From positions 6,578,695 to 6,642,694 of the forward strand of contig CM082591.2 of the NCBI GenBank assembly GCA_040954595.2: a stretch of 64,000 bases of DNA. Direction: 5' to 3'. Made by a program: the position numbers and the translations under genes. Shown in pieces: positions 9,849 to 29,375 of the stretch. Source of the stretch: Balanoglossus misakiensis (taxonomy: Eukaryota; Animalia; Hemichordata). The notes under the pieces were generated by a model. It saw nothing but the letters and a program-made list of their open reading frames with translations. It was not told the origin of the DNA and made no database searches. Within the stretch, counting starts at the first letter, position 1. Each line of letters opens with the position of its first letter.

Positions 9849-11865
9849 TACACAACCCTACCCCTGAACAAAAGTGTTGTGGATAGCACTGGTCGAACGT
9901 GTTGCTCAATTTAATGACAGACCTGCACAAGTACATTAGAAAGAGAAAATAGAGCTTAACTTCTATTTTCGCTCTAATAGCATTCAGTACTCTAATCCCA
10001 TGCTGTATCATGCGACAAACCATAGGGAGAAATTGCAAAGTTGGCCATAATGAAAACGACAGTTGGTTCAGCGTGATAACCGAATCTTATTCTGTGATGA
10101 TCAAATTCGTCAAATTGATGATAATACCCTCGCAAAAAAAATCCCACCCAGATCTATGAATTGACTCTAATTGAATGTTACTATATTCTCCCATTTTCCC
10201 TCATTTTCCGGTTATTTTGTGACCATATGCATAGACTTTGGAGCATAAGATCTATGGACCAAGCGGACACAATTTGTCTGCTAGTTTTGTTCAAAATTAG
10301 ACGAAAAATGTTTGAAATGTTGTGACGAGGGGAAATCGTTTTAAAAATGGTACATGTTTGTTTGTTTGTAGAAAGAGTTAATAATGTGTACATTTTCTAA
10401 TAAACCAGTAATGTCCACATTGTGGCATGTAGTGAATACAAGGTATCGAACTTTACACTTCTCTATGTGTTTTTTCGGTACAATTGCGACAATTTCTCTC
10501 TTATCAGGACATAGCTGTGACGTCATCGTAAGTGGCACCCCTCTGCGCATGTCTCTACCAAATTAAAATAAACTTTTATTATTTTCTATTTCCAATTTAC
10601 GTAGGCCAGGTAATTAAATTAAATGAAAGGAATGTTACGCCAGAAAATGCTATCGAGAAGAGCTTTTTTTTATTTCTAACCCACCGTAATATAGACCAAA
10701 AGTAAAACGTAAAATGGGTGTATCTTGTTATAAAACGCAATTTCTGCACCTAAAATTGGAATATCATCTCTGTAAGAGATCTTTCAATTAATACGGGCAC
10801 GTTGCTTACATGAAACTCCCTAAGATAATGGTTTATTTTATTCACACCCTGTGAGCATTCGTGTTTAATTTCAATTTTTTGTATGACCTTCTGATGTCTT
10901 TAACTGTTCCGTTATACATCAATGATATACGCCAAGGTAGTAAACGTGTAAACTGCGCAAATCTGTGCGCATTCGTCTCTTCTCTAAGGATTACATTGAG
11001 AATTGCTTGAAAACCAAATTCCACTTCTATTATCATGAAATTGTACACATAACTAAGCTAAATAAAATTAAATTAAGTCACCACGCTTTATTTTGAGATA
11101 AAGTAAGTTAAATGCCCACATAGAAACCATTGGTAAAAAAACTGGTGACTCTTCATTATCGATTAAATTACGGCCTTGTACGGTGGGCCATTTCGGTATG
11201 GAATTTTACATCTCTTCGTCAAAATGCTTAATTCTAAAATGATACCTTTGGACAGATTCATGAAATGTGGCCCCAGTACCCCCCCCCACCCTTTCGCCAT
11301 AAATGGAAGCGCCCCAATTCACCGTCTAGTATCCGGTTTCATCCAGTCGAATGTAACTTGTATAACCGGAGATAGAGGGACTTTTTACGGCCGGGACATT
11401 ATATCTTTAGCTTACTGAAAGTAATAATGTGGGTTTGGGGTTAGCATCACACTTAGTTAATCGAAATATTTTTGAACATAGAAGGATTAAGAATAGAAAT
11501 TAGTATTTTAGTAAATGCAAAGCAGTAATCATATAAACCAACACCGTAAGCAGACAAATTCTGTTGGTTTGTACAGTTGTCTTCAGTGGGTCGACTGACA
11601 TCATCTGCATGTTAACTGCATAACGACAATCAGGTATGTTAGTTGGAGCTTTTATTGCGGAGTAGAATTATATGTCACATTCGATTCAGTGGCAAGGCCT
11701 CAGTGCGAATAACATTTTTGATGAAATTCTGGTTGTTGGTAGTCTTAGCTGCATGTGTTTGCGTCCGTCATTATTCTACCTCATTTCTTTGTGAAACCTA
11801 TGTCCCTATCATACCAAATCATTCTCTAATCATTTTAATCTTACATTATGACTTTTCAGACAACA

Positions 11866-17913
<6,048 letters not shown>

Positions 17914-18073
17914 CATTTCAAAAACCAAAGTTACACAGAATACCATGCTGACTCGGCATAGCAAATATCTTTGGGAATAAATTAATTATAGATTATGAAT
18001 TCTGTCTGTTGTCATTGTATTAAACTTTAACATTAAGTAAATATTTAAAAGCTGCCATTAACCGCAATATTTC

Positions 18074-18271
18074 TGTATGTATGTATGTATGTATGTATGT
18101 ATGTATGTATGTATGTATGTATGTATGTATGTATGTATGTATGTATGTATGTATGTATGTATGTATGTATGTATGTATGTATGTATGTATGTATGTATGT
18201 ATGTATGTATGTATGTATGTATGTATGTATGTATGTATGTATGTATGTATGTATGTATGTATGTATGTATG
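18074..18271. repeat. (TATG)n microsatellite
   Basis: Perfect tetranucleotide array. Confidence 0.99.
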
Positions 18272-20310
18272 TTTTGTATGCAAGTTATTACGTGATAAAT
18301 TGTGAACAGACATGCATAGTATTCTACGTACACAGAGCAGACTTCACAAAAACATGAAAGAGAATACCAGTATGACCCCCCCCCTCCGCTTAGCATCGCC
18401 CGACGTCTCGTGCAAGAATAAACCGCAACGCTTGCTACCCATTGCAGTAGAACTTTCAGTTTCAGATCAGAGCAAGGCAGACTTGATACGAATATGTATG
18501 GCATTACTGCCGTTGATTCAAGACGCTAATACAAGAAAGTTCACCACCGGCCCCACTAAAGACACACAGTCCTGCACAAAACTTTTACGTGTTTCAGTGT
18601 ACCATAGCTTAGGCACAGTTCAAGGCCAAAATTAATGGGACGTCAATAGCGTCACACTCCTTCGGAATTTCGGGAAACTATGTTTATCCTTATTTAGCGA
18701 CTGACGGTCAGTATCTAGGTCATGCTTGTATAGTGTTGTGCCATTGTTAACTCAGAATGTGCCTTTAAGAAGGTTAACTACTAATAAGAAAACCTACAAA
18801 TTGATACATTAAAGTAATAGTGCCATCGGTATCTGTATTAGAATCTGCCGTGCTATTGAAGGCGCGACCTTGTTTGTACATGTATTTCTATTTATTGGCA
18901 GACATGTCTTTGCCTACGTCACGAGTTGTATGGAGTCATTGGCTACGTCAGGATTGTACCGCAGGCCCCCCTCCCCTATTGCGTCATTAGCTACGTCACG
19001 CTTGTGTCGTGTCTCCCAACAAATGGTGGGATTCATTCGTGAGTCTGGTCGGGATCACGTAAAGAGTAGATTTTAACGCCTCGTCGTTGACTTTGTTTCA
19101 AAAAGGACCAGCCACGAACATTCAAGACAAGACCTGTAGTCCAGACTGCACCAGGACCAGCGGAACTGTCCGCTCCCCTGGAACTCTACCTCGAATTTTT
19201 CAATTACTCACTGAAATACAGAATCGCGTCCAACTGTCCGCGTGGGGTCTGTACAAATCACTATTGTTCTCCGCCCACGCTGAGAGAATAAGACAAAAGT
19301 TAAAATTCTGACAGGACAAGCCCTATTGTTCTTACCCAGGCTGAGAAAACGACAACTCTTGTTAGGGTACAAAGGAGTGCCGGATTGATGTTGGTGATTA
19401 ATTGGAATGAAATTGACCATGTTAAAAAATCTACGAGTCCCTGAAAACATGAAGATTCCTTTTATAGAAAATATATTTTTTAAATTCTCACCATCATAGT
19501 GTTCACTTATGTTTTCATTCGAACGCTTACTTACTTCACGGTGTGATGTCACATCATAGTGGAGGAAGCGTCATGTTTTTCAGGGAAATTTTATCATAGA
19601 GAAGTACATTTCAATTTTTTTCAACAACATTAAGTTATTAATATGGGGGTCACACAGGCACCATTAAGACGGTTCTGAAGCGTCTCAGATTAGAAAACGT
19701 CTTAAAAATCGTGTGTGAACGGTTTAAGTGGTCCTGAAACGGCTTAGATTTGAGACGGCCAGACCTGAGCCGGTGTAAGGATTAACACCTCTCCGCAACC
19801 CATTGTCTATGGGGCCGAGCCTCAGCGCCTATACAAAAACTTCTGTGTGTGTGGACACACAAGTGACTCAAAGGATTAATGCTCTGTGTTTACCATAGCC
19901 AATTATTGTCTCAATTTTTTCCCTGTCTGAACCATTCCTTTGTGCCCTAACCAGAATTGTCATTTTCTCAGCTTGGGCTGAGAACAATAGGTCACAGCTT
20001 GGCCTTTCAGAATTGTAACTGTCAAGTACCACCTTTGTCTCATTCTCAGCTAAGACAAAGAACAATTGTTTTGTACAGACCACAGTTTCATGATAAATTG
20101 GAATGACCTTGACCATGTTAAAATTTCCACGATTCCCTGAAAACCCCATGAAGATCACTTTTTAAGCAGCGTGTCACTTGCATTGTGTTGTGCTATGAAT
20201 ATACAATTTCACAACTGGTGATATAAGATACAATATAATGAATGCTCAGGCAACCGGAAAAAATAAATTCAAGTAATTAAGAGAGAATACACAGAAACGT
20301 AAGTTATAAT

Positions 20311-20493
20311 AAGGCAAAAATATGTGCTGTTTCGATTACATGGGTCTTGCGTGATTTGCGCAATTTTTTTTTTTATAAATTTTGCATATTTGACATTTTT
20401 ACTTCAGGTGTACGAATCTCTAAAAAATTTAAGGTCGGCGGGCTAAAATTAGGATAGGTCGGGTGATCGGAACAGCACATATTTTTTTACCTT
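20311..20493. mobile_element. MITE with about 30-bp imperfect TIRs
   Basis: aaggcaaaaatatgtgctgtttcgatta ... tgatcggaacagcacatatttttttacctt. Confidence 0.65.
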
Positions 20494-21041
20494 GCCCTTT
20501 AAACTGTGCTCCTACAATAGTATTCGTTCATCACTTGCTATAGAGTTTGTCCTTGTCAAAGACCATTCAGCGACTGACGGTCAGTGTCTAGGTCATGTTT
20601 GTGTGTTGTGATACGAATACACAGTGTCACCTTTCTAAAAGAGGGCTGATGGACGTTACAATATTATGAGAAGTACTATAAATCAGACTACGCCATTCAA
20701 AATCAAGATAAAAAAACATTATAACAAAAAAGATACATTTTAGAATTTGTGCCCCTATAATGGCGCTTTTATCACGTTGTTAGCATGCTTTAGACTAAAC
20801 GTCCTTGTTTTGATGACGTCACCGACACTCCCACGCTCACCGCTGTGTTGTGGTATGCTCGTCCAATCAACGTCAGTTTTAGGACCTTGAACGTGAATAA
20901 AAACGGATGTTTACCGTGGGATCTTAAACTTCAAGCTTTATACCACAGACAGTCGCACAGGACTAACAGCGCGAGTTACGGTAAGGTTGCTTGTAGTTGA
21001 AATACAATGTACTTACGTTCAGCATAGACCCTAGAGGTTGA

Positions 21042-21474
21042 TACTGTCAACGGGAAACTTTCGCGGCAACAAATTTTCGCGATATAACAGAGGCGACCAT
21101 TTCGCGACGATTAACTTTCGCGTTCTCTTATCATCACCGAAAGACATTCTATTGTAAACATAATTCTTTCGCGACTGTTTATATTAGCGTTTTTATTACT
21201 TTCGCGAAGTTCGCGGAAATTTATTGTTCCCGCTAATGTGTAATCATTAGTAGACCAAAAGTTCTGTAAAACAATTTATTTTCGCGAGTTAAATTTGTTT
21301 GCGATATCGAGAGAGGCCACTGTTTCGCGAGTATTAATTTTCGCGTTCTCTTATTTCAATCTCTGCATCGTTATCTTCAAAAGCAATTTACGCGACTTTT
21401 TATTTTCACTCTATTTTGGCTCTCGCGTATTTGGCGAAAATTAATTGCTCGCGAAAATAAAGTGTTTTACAGTA
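21042..21474. mobile_element. Two adjacent related TTCGCG-rich MITEs (TACTGT...ACAGTA type)
   Basis: The second unit (21264-21472) has TIRs ctgtaaaacaatttattttcgcgag / ctcgcgaaaataaagtgttttacag. The first unit (about 21044-21240) shares the repeated tttcgcg motifs and the gaggc..c...ttcgcg...ttcgcgttctctta core. Confidence 0.7.
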
Positions 21475-21846
21475 GTACCTTAATTCAAAGCTTGGGCAAG
21501 TTGACAGCAAATGTTGGATGGGACTGGGATTAATTTCACTGCAGAGCCCACTTACCTGTTTCTTCACAGATTGACATTCAACGCAGCAATTTATGACTCG
21601 TATTTCTTATCTCCAACACGACAACCATGCATTCCGTAAAAATGATGAAACAACCCCACTTGATTCACTGTGTACATGCGTAAAAAACTGGACCGACGAA
21701 TGTGTTTATCGGTGATGAACGCGCTGTTTCTTACACTTTTTTTATTCCTAAAAAGATTTGAAAAATTGCTGACATTTAGACAATGTTTATGTATAGCAAA
21801 GCACTACATTTCAGCGATCTTTTTTTTCAGTACGTACGACGACAGA

Positions 21847-24107
21847 ATGCAATCCATAATTGGTAACGGAAGTTCCGGTCTGTTGCCAGGGGTTAAGGTG
21901 AGTAGGAAACTTTATGAAATTGATAGTGATTGAATTGTACTCTTCAAACGAAATGCAATGTCTTTTTGTTAAAGTGGAACGTTGGATTCCATTTTAGAGC
22001 TAATTCTGCGAAATGGGATTAAAACGTGGTATGAAAATCGTTGGTTTCATTCACGTTCACTTACGCAGTTACAGCCAATTCTCCTGACCTTAAATAGGTT
22101 TTTGGCTGCCTAGGTGGGTGATAAAAATCTCACATGGTCGACACAATTTCAAGATGGCCGATTTTTGCCATGTTTAAGGAATAGGAGTTCATAAGCTAAA
22201 GTGATGATGGGTCATTCTGAAACTTTTTAACAGAAAAAATAACAAAATGTGAAAACAGTTTAATGAGTTTAAAATGGTAATTACGAAGACAGACATGTTT
22301 GACCCAAGGAAGTCATGAAATACAGTAAACATATCATTTCTTCTTTCTCTTACTACAGTAGGTTGTCGACTTTTCGACCAGAATGCAATGTGATTTGACC
22401 CCTTAGCGCAAAGTGAAAGCCTATTTAAGGCAGCCACAATTAAACACTGCGCGAAACCGGAAGTGACGTCGGCAACTTGTGAATTCATGATATGTAATAC
22501 CAACTTTGACCTGAGTTCAAGAGCATCAAATGAAACTCATACCACGTTTTTATCATGATTGTGTATTCACATTGTTGTTGATGATAATGGTGTTGACGTT
22601 GATCACGGTCATTCCTGCGTTAATGAACACCCCCCTTCGTCAACTTGCTCTTGGGCAACTCTAGGCATTGTTTAAAGAAACGGATTTTGAAATGGCGGCT
22701 GTGTTGGTGTATGACTGGCCGTGGATACATTGCATTATAGATTGCTGACGACAGAACGTTAATGTATGAAAAGATGGATTTATGGATACTTGTATGGTAA
22801 TTATTGTATTTTATTTGCAGTCAGTACTTGTCCTTGGATCGGCTGCATTCAAGGTCAGCTTCGCCGCCGCTTTACACCAGCGTCCAGAATTGAAAGAGAA
22901 GTATTCGTTCGTCAATGCCAAGTGGGACGCCAAGTGGGATAACTTGTATGACTTTACAGAACAGTGTATTGAAATGGTCGACGGGCACGGGATCGACGCG
23001 GTAGTCAGTTCCGGGGATCTGGGTTCTATTGTACAGGCTGCTCTGGCGGAGACGTTTCCCCACATCAGAGGTCCTTCGGTGGAAGGCGCTTTCCTCACCG
23101 TCCATAAATATTATGGAGGGGAGCTTTTGGAGTCCGATTCCATGATGCCCAGATCGATTATTCTCGATCTGGACGAGGACATGGCAGTGACGATGTCGAA
23201 GGCGGGCGAGTTTCTGAAAAGCGCGGGAGGGATGTGCTGCGTCAAGCCGGTAACCGGGGAAGCGTCCTCTGGAGTTCATAAGGTGACAGGCATGAAGAAT
23301 CTCCGCGAGGCGCTGGTGCATCTACAAAGCACGCGCGACTCTCAGTTCATTTCCGGGAAATTCGCACAGAAATGGATCGATGTCAAGACCTACCCGCATA
23401 TCCTTTCCCCCTGTGTATTATTGGAGGAATACGTGGATGCTACAGCGATTGTGACAACAAACTGCTGCGTACAGAATGGTCAGATAATACATGTCGCCAT
23501 TTCCGATTGGATCTTCAACGAGTATCGCCCAAGAGAGAGCGCGCGTTCCTTCTTAGGGGGATTCATACCAGCCAGTGTGACGTCAGAAGATGAAAGGGAA
23601 ATCTGGAAGCTGACAGACGAGATTTTGACAAAATTGATCGAAAAGGGATTCGACAACCAGTTCCTGAATATAGAATTCTTCAGACTTGCCAATGGGGAGT
23701 ACAAGTTGCTGGAGGTGAACGGAAGGGTGGACCCTTGCATAGCAGTTCTGTCGCAGAAAGTGTACGACGAAGGCGACCTTGTTCAGAGTCTGCTAGCTCT
23801 TGGCTGCGGAGAAGACGTCCAGGCGCCCTCTGTAGACGGGTTGCACGGCATGTGGGGTTTCGTGACTACGTACGCCTCTGGCAAGGCCGAAGATCTCCTG
23901 GATTTTGACGAGATCGCCAACATTCCTGAAGTCAGTTGCGGAGTATCAGCCGGGAGCGAGATTACAGCCACCTCAGAGATGTTTGGTACTACCGTCGCCT
24001 TTACGTGCATCATTGGGCATGCGCGGGAAGAGATTATACGGAAACACAACGATATATGTCGCCGAATCTTGAAAAAACCGGAATTCTCTCCCTGTGTACA
24101 AGTGTAA
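21847..24107 (+). CDS. ATP-grasp fold ligase-like protein (carnosine synthase / L-amino-acid ligase-like), two coding exons, about 445 aa
   Basis: Exon 21847-21897 (MQSIIGNGSSGLLPGVK, donor AAG/gtgagt) joins in phase 0 to exon 22821-24107 (acceptor ttttatttgcag). ATP-grasp motifs VKPVTGEASSGVHKV, LLEEYVD, FLNIEFF and LLEVNGR. An acceptor at 21830 and a donor at 20981 suggest an upstream non-coding exon. Confidence 0.85.
22021..22550. mobile_element. Putative non-autonomous DNA transposon in the ATP-grasp intron
   Basis: 14-bp inverted ends aaaacgtggtatga / tcataccacgtttt in a TTAA-like context. Confidence 0.5.
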
Positions 24108-24267
24108 ACAACAGAAGGAAGAAAGACGTTGACTGAACCAGCAAGTCTAACCATCTGTAATGACAACACCCCCGAGATGTCTGGACCAAACTCACAACCG
24201 ACTTGTTTTACCCCTAGAAGAATTTAATGTGATTTTTAATCAGATATTAATTTAATTTCTTCACGTG

Positions 24268-24589
24268 ATATTTAAGCAATAACCCCCGCCGCAGGCGGGT
24301 ATACACGAGATTTTGGTACAATTCGAGACGTATAGCACGAGCCGTTAGGCGAGTGCTATACGTTTCGATCGTGAACCAACATGGCGACGATGAATGTAAA
24401 CACGAGCGGCCCGGGATCGAGCTTAAACATGAAGCAGACGACAAAAAGTTACAAAAGTGCAAACCGCACATTTTCCCTGCTGCATGCTAGTTCAGGGGCC
24501 CGTTTTACCACTGCCAGCAGTGGTAAAACAGTATTTTACAATCGCTCTCGTCCAATCAGAATGGCGGACGGTTGCATGATATAATATAA
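24268..24589. mobile_element. Hairpin-containing non-autonomous repeat (Crypton-like ends)
   Basis: Begins tatttaagcaata, has the internal palindrome gtatagcacgagccgttaggcgagtgctatac, and ends ccaatcagaa...ataat. The same terminal words occur inverted at 28367-28621 (tgattgg ... tattgcttaaata). The family label is from memory only. Confidence 0.5.
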
Positions 24590-26114
24590 TAAAGTGTTTC
24601 CTGGGGCACTTAAGTCTTCACGAATCCCCGTGAAAATTATATACGCCTCAGTCTTATTTTAAATATTTTATTGAACATTTCAAAAAAAATGAAGATGGCA
24701 TTACAAAGGGAAAATAAGAAAGACAATACAAAAAGAAGGAAGGGTTTGACCAAATAACAGTAGAATTGCATCTGATAGGGAAATAAATACATCCACATAA
24801 TTTTATCAAATGAAATTAAAGAGTGTGTCAACAAAGTGACTTAGTTGTTTCCATTTGGAATCAAAATTCTTGTTGTAGAATTTATTTAATTTCATTTTGT
24901 ATTTAATAATTTCAGTTGTTGTTTTTTACCATGGACCTTTCATAAAGTACTGAATATTTTGTATTTTAATGAGACCCATATATTTAAACATTTCGGAGTT
25001 GGGCAGATCAATTTTTTTTCTGAAAACTTGAAATTCCATTGATTATCGCGTACTCAGTAATTTCTTAACTTTTTTGTAATACACATAATTTTGACCAGAC
25101 GATCTTAAGAATTTTAATAAATAGTACAGTGCACAGTCTCTTATATAATGAGACCAACATAATTATGTTTTAGTGCTTGATTGTTATTGTACCGTTGTTT
25201 GTTTGTTTGTTGGTTTGTGTGTGTGTGTGTGTGTGTGCAAGTTCTTACATGATCAAGGAAAGGTCATATGGTTATTCGGCTAAATAGGACAACACAACTA
25301 AGTTGAAGACAACGAAGGCGTTTAAAAATTGAAAAGATGGCGCATTAAACGTGTCTCTGATGTGTTACTGACGTCAGCCAAACATTTCACGCAACATTTC
25401 AGCATTGGGTTTGTATGTCACTTATGTTACTAAACTTAGTATTCAAGTCAGAACGACAAGCTGGAAACAGAAGGCAGAAACCACAATACAAGGATGAATA
25501 TTATAATAACATTACTGCTGCTGATGATGATATTAATAATAATTATAGTAATATAGAGCAATAATAATTGCAATCAGAATATGTATAACATCAGCCTCTT
25601 TAAATACTAGTACTGCACAAGCTTATACATGTATGTGTTACGTGATGACATAAATCTCAAATGTTAAAATTACCACTGACGATGATAATAATAATTATAG
25701 TAATATATATTAATAATAATGGTAATAAGAATATAACAACTGACTCTTAAAATATAGTGCAAGCTTATATTACGTAGTCGTTTAAGAACGTGATAATAAA
25801 ATAGATATTATAATGAAAATGTTACTGATCACTTACATCAAGAGTTCAATAACTTAAGACTATTTTACCGGGATTGAATATTCCTCACATTGCCTTGTAC
25901 TACTCCTTACAGTATGTTTAGAAATTTGTTTGTTAAGCGACGGTTTTTTTGTAATGACCCTCAGATGATTTCTGGTCCGGACCTGAGACATTCTCTAATA
26001 GTTTCTGAAATGTGTATAATGGCTTGCACGTCACATTGCGTACAGTTGCCCTCCTTACAAAACACATTTGCATTACCATTGTATTGTCTCGTGGTCAGGT
26101 CTAGACATGTTTGT

Positions 26115-27718
26115 TTATGTTGGTAACAAACGCGAGAGCAATGTATGAAAACTGTCAACTACTTTCTTTCGAAATGGTCTGTATATGATTACGTATAACA
26201 CGGGATTAATGGCACTATTTGATATTATGCATACCTCACTGATTGTATCAAAGTACCACGCCGCAGGGGTAGATGACGTCACGTTGTATATAAAGCACAC
26301 CAGAAATGGCAATGTGCATATCAAGAAAGCGCTTATTACAACAGACATCTGAATGCCCAACTTGAGAGCTGGGGTATTCATTGTATGAGCTATAGGGGCC
26401 ACGGTTTTTTTCATTCTCAAGAATTCTTTAAGTATTAAGCAATAGCTGCAAATAATGGTAGCAATGGGCAATGCGACGATTGTTATAGTTGGGAGAATTT
26501 TCAGGGCCGGGTGGACATTTTGGACACCAATGGTGTTGAAACAGTTGTAGAGGGGTGGGTAAAACACAAACACGTTTTTAATTTGTGCGACTGTGACAGC
26601 GATGATTAATGTCGCTATCCAGATGGTGACTAGAGCCAATGCGGTTACCTTTACTGTAAACGAGACATTGTAGCGATATGGAAACCTGATTGCTATGAGT
26701 CGATCCACTGAGAGAGTTGCCATGGTGAGTGATGATGGCGCAAAGGCGAAAAAGCCGACGAAACCCGAGAAAAAACACGCGTCCTCTCCAGAGGTCCACC
26801 ACCCGTTCACAGCCACGGAGATGGAAAATGGCAGGTATCCAACGGCAAGAAGAAAGTCAGAAATCGCCAAGCTGAACATGCATACACCTGGAAAAGAGAA
26901 CGTTATCAAACGTCAGTATGGCGCGCCCAGAACACTCAGTCCAGTAAACAGTTTGCGCCGGGAATTGTTGGCGCTTTGGAGTCAAATGGTTACATGGCTC
27001 GATTCTACAGTTGGCACACATCATTAGGAAACACATACACTGAATGCATTCATAATACTGTAGCATATTTTCATCAATGTTATCAACGTACTATCAAAGT
27101 TGATGGAGAAATTCTTCAAATGGTTTTTATCAGTACTGTATATGTGCAAATTAGCTAATATTTGTATTCATGTTCCCGCTAAAATCACGAAAGCTCTGTA
27201 TGGTTACAATCCTAATGAAATGTGCGACATACATTGTAGTTTTCATACATAGACACATACATAGATACATAGATACGTAGATACATAGATACATAGATAC
27301 ATACATACATACATACATACATACATACATACATACATACATACATACATACATACATACATACATACATACATACATACATACATACATACATACATAC
27401 ATACATGCATACATGCATACATACATACATACATACATACACACACATACACACACATACATACATACATACATACATACATACATACATACACACACAC
27501 ACATACATATATAGATAGAAAGAGGTTTTCACACCTGTCTGTGTCTTTAATTCCTCATAGGCCAGAAACACAGCGATGATTACAGTATTACCAACTATCA
27601 TCACTGTATCTAAAAGTACAAAGGCAGTTGCCAAAGGATAGTTTGGCATGGGAACATCTCCAAACATAGCTTTCAGATCTGCTTGTACCGTAGAAGAAGT
27701 GTTGTTGATGTTTTCCAT
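26115..27718 (-). CDS. Orphan rhodopsin-class (class A) GPCR, two coding exons, about 318 aa
   Basis: Exon 27718-27535 (N-glycosylation sequon NNTS, TM1 with GN; donor G/gtgtga) plus exon 26887-26115 (acceptor ttctcttttccag), phase 1. Motifs LAISD (TM2), ECL1-TM3 Cys, DRL (TM3), FLICTLPF (TM6) and NSAINPVLY (TM7). Confidence 0.92.
27245..27510. repeat. (CATA)n/(CA)n microsatellite in the GPCR intron
   Basis: Directly visible. Confidence 0.97.
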
Positions 27719-27788
27719 CTGGTACCCTAGCAGAGAGACAACTCACAGTAAATATTTGCACACATCTGTGATAAAGCTCAGTTTTCGT

Positions 27789-28170
27789 TAGCCTAGTCCT
27801 AGCCGTATTTTGTCCGCTTTGCTTCTAAAACTACGCCTAGCCTCACACATGCCATTGGCCCAATAAAACCCCATACCCATTGCTGGGACTTGTGATGTAT
27901 CCAGCGTCCCCTTGAAGTCACTCACATAAACCGAACAATGGTGATTGGGTGTAAGGTTATAGTGAAGGCAGGGCTAATTTGTTACCCATCCTTAATTACA
28001 CATATGTATATCCTTTGTCCAATCATTGGAAAAACAAAGTCTCTGATTGACTTCAGAGAGGACTCTAGTTACATCACAATTCCCAGCAAGGGGTATGGGG
28101 CCAGTGGCATGAGTGAGGCTAGGCGTAGTTTTGAAAGCAAAGCGGACAAAATACGGCTAGGACTAGGCTA
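27789..28170. mobile_element. MITE with long TIRs and 9-bp TSD (Mutator-like)
   Basis: Ends tagcctagtcctagccgtattttgtccgctttgctt / aagcaaagcggacaaaatacggctaggactaggcta. TSD agttttcgt at 27780-27788 and 28171-28179. Confidence 0.92.
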
Positions 28171-28366
28171 AGTTTTCGTCCGTTGCTTTGGTTTACTTTC
28201 TTATGCATGCCTACTTCAGCATGCGCAATTGTCGGTTGTCTCAGCCTAACCCACGGAAAAGTAAAATTGTACCTGCCACATATATTTGCACAGTGCCTTT
28301 ACGAACACTGCACATAATAACAAGCTAGCGTTGCCAAAATAACATTCGATTTACTATTAGGAATTA

Positions 28367-28621
28367 TATTATACCAGTATATTGATGGTGTAAATCACGC
28401 TATTTGATTGGTCGAGACACGACACGTGACCGTGATATATTAGCCATATACCACAGTCATATATCATAGTCAAAGAAAATGCCTTTTTAAAATGTTTTAT
28501 GCAAAGTTTCAATATACTGGCATAATATAATAGCAATAAAACACCCCCAGCCATGGTATACCACTCGATTTTGACCAGTTCAACTCCATATACGCACTCG
28601 CTATCGCTTATTGCTTAAATA
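28367..28621. mobile_element. Non-autonomous repeat with the same type of ends as 24268-24589, opposite orientation
   Basis: attatacc...tttgattggtcgag ... tattgcttaaata termini. Confidence 0.45.
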
Positions 28622-29375
28622 ATAAACAAACATTCAAATCAATAAATGAGAGTGCGTTTCTCATAGTGCCTTTTTTATCATTGTCAGTGAAGATAAATAA
28701 AATGTCAATTTTTACACGAAGATGTTACAACGGTGGCCGTTTTCGGGGGGGGGGTCAACCCAAAATAGTGATTTTGCACTCGAATTAACACATATATTTC
28801 ATTTAAAAATGTAGAAACAAGCAGGCGAACATAGTTCGGTGCGTATAATAACATGACTATAGTTTCTATTTAAAATCATGAGAATGTAACTGGACAAGAC
28901 GCCGAAATCCGCCCAGCCAGTCATTCGTTGAGAGTATGATAATATATTTACAAATGAAGAAACAATATAACTTGAGCGTAAATATAAATAAGTATTTATA
29001 TGACATGTCTTTTAAACTTTTAAAACTGTTTGATATAAAAACGTAAATGATATTACCTTGCGTTTGAATATATAGTGCAGTGAAGTTGAAGACGCTTATT
29101 CTCGAGAAGAAGGCAGACAATGTTTACCGTAAGAGCCACTGAGCAGGAATGTGTGTGAGAGATATCACCGCTATTAAAAACGTGTGTTTGGTAACTTCTA
29201 TCTTCATGGCAACAGTGTATATAGGCGTGGCATTGCCCATTGATGGTCAGTGTATCCCTCAAGCCGCTAACGTTCTTTTTCTCCTCCAATGGACATGAGT
29301 TCTGTCAGATCCTGGCAGTTGTCAGTCACTTTAGACGCCCATGGCAACGGTCTGTTTGAATCTCACTCACCGGAA

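Noticed and set aside
19195-20160. Degenerate direct repeat pair (about 19200-19460 and 19900-20160), plus a short repeat near 18700 and 20570
   Set aside because: These look like old repeat fragments with no definable ends or coding signal, so no functional claim is supportable.
22782-22820. ORF-track start of the ATP-grasp protein (MDTCMVIIVFYLQ)
   Set aside because: It coincides with a polypyrimidine tract and AG acceptor; an in-phase upstream exon with ATG and a strong donor exists at 21847-21897.
26115-27718. GPCR as an opsin
   Set aside because: There is no retinal-binding Lys in TM7 (Ile at the equivalent position).
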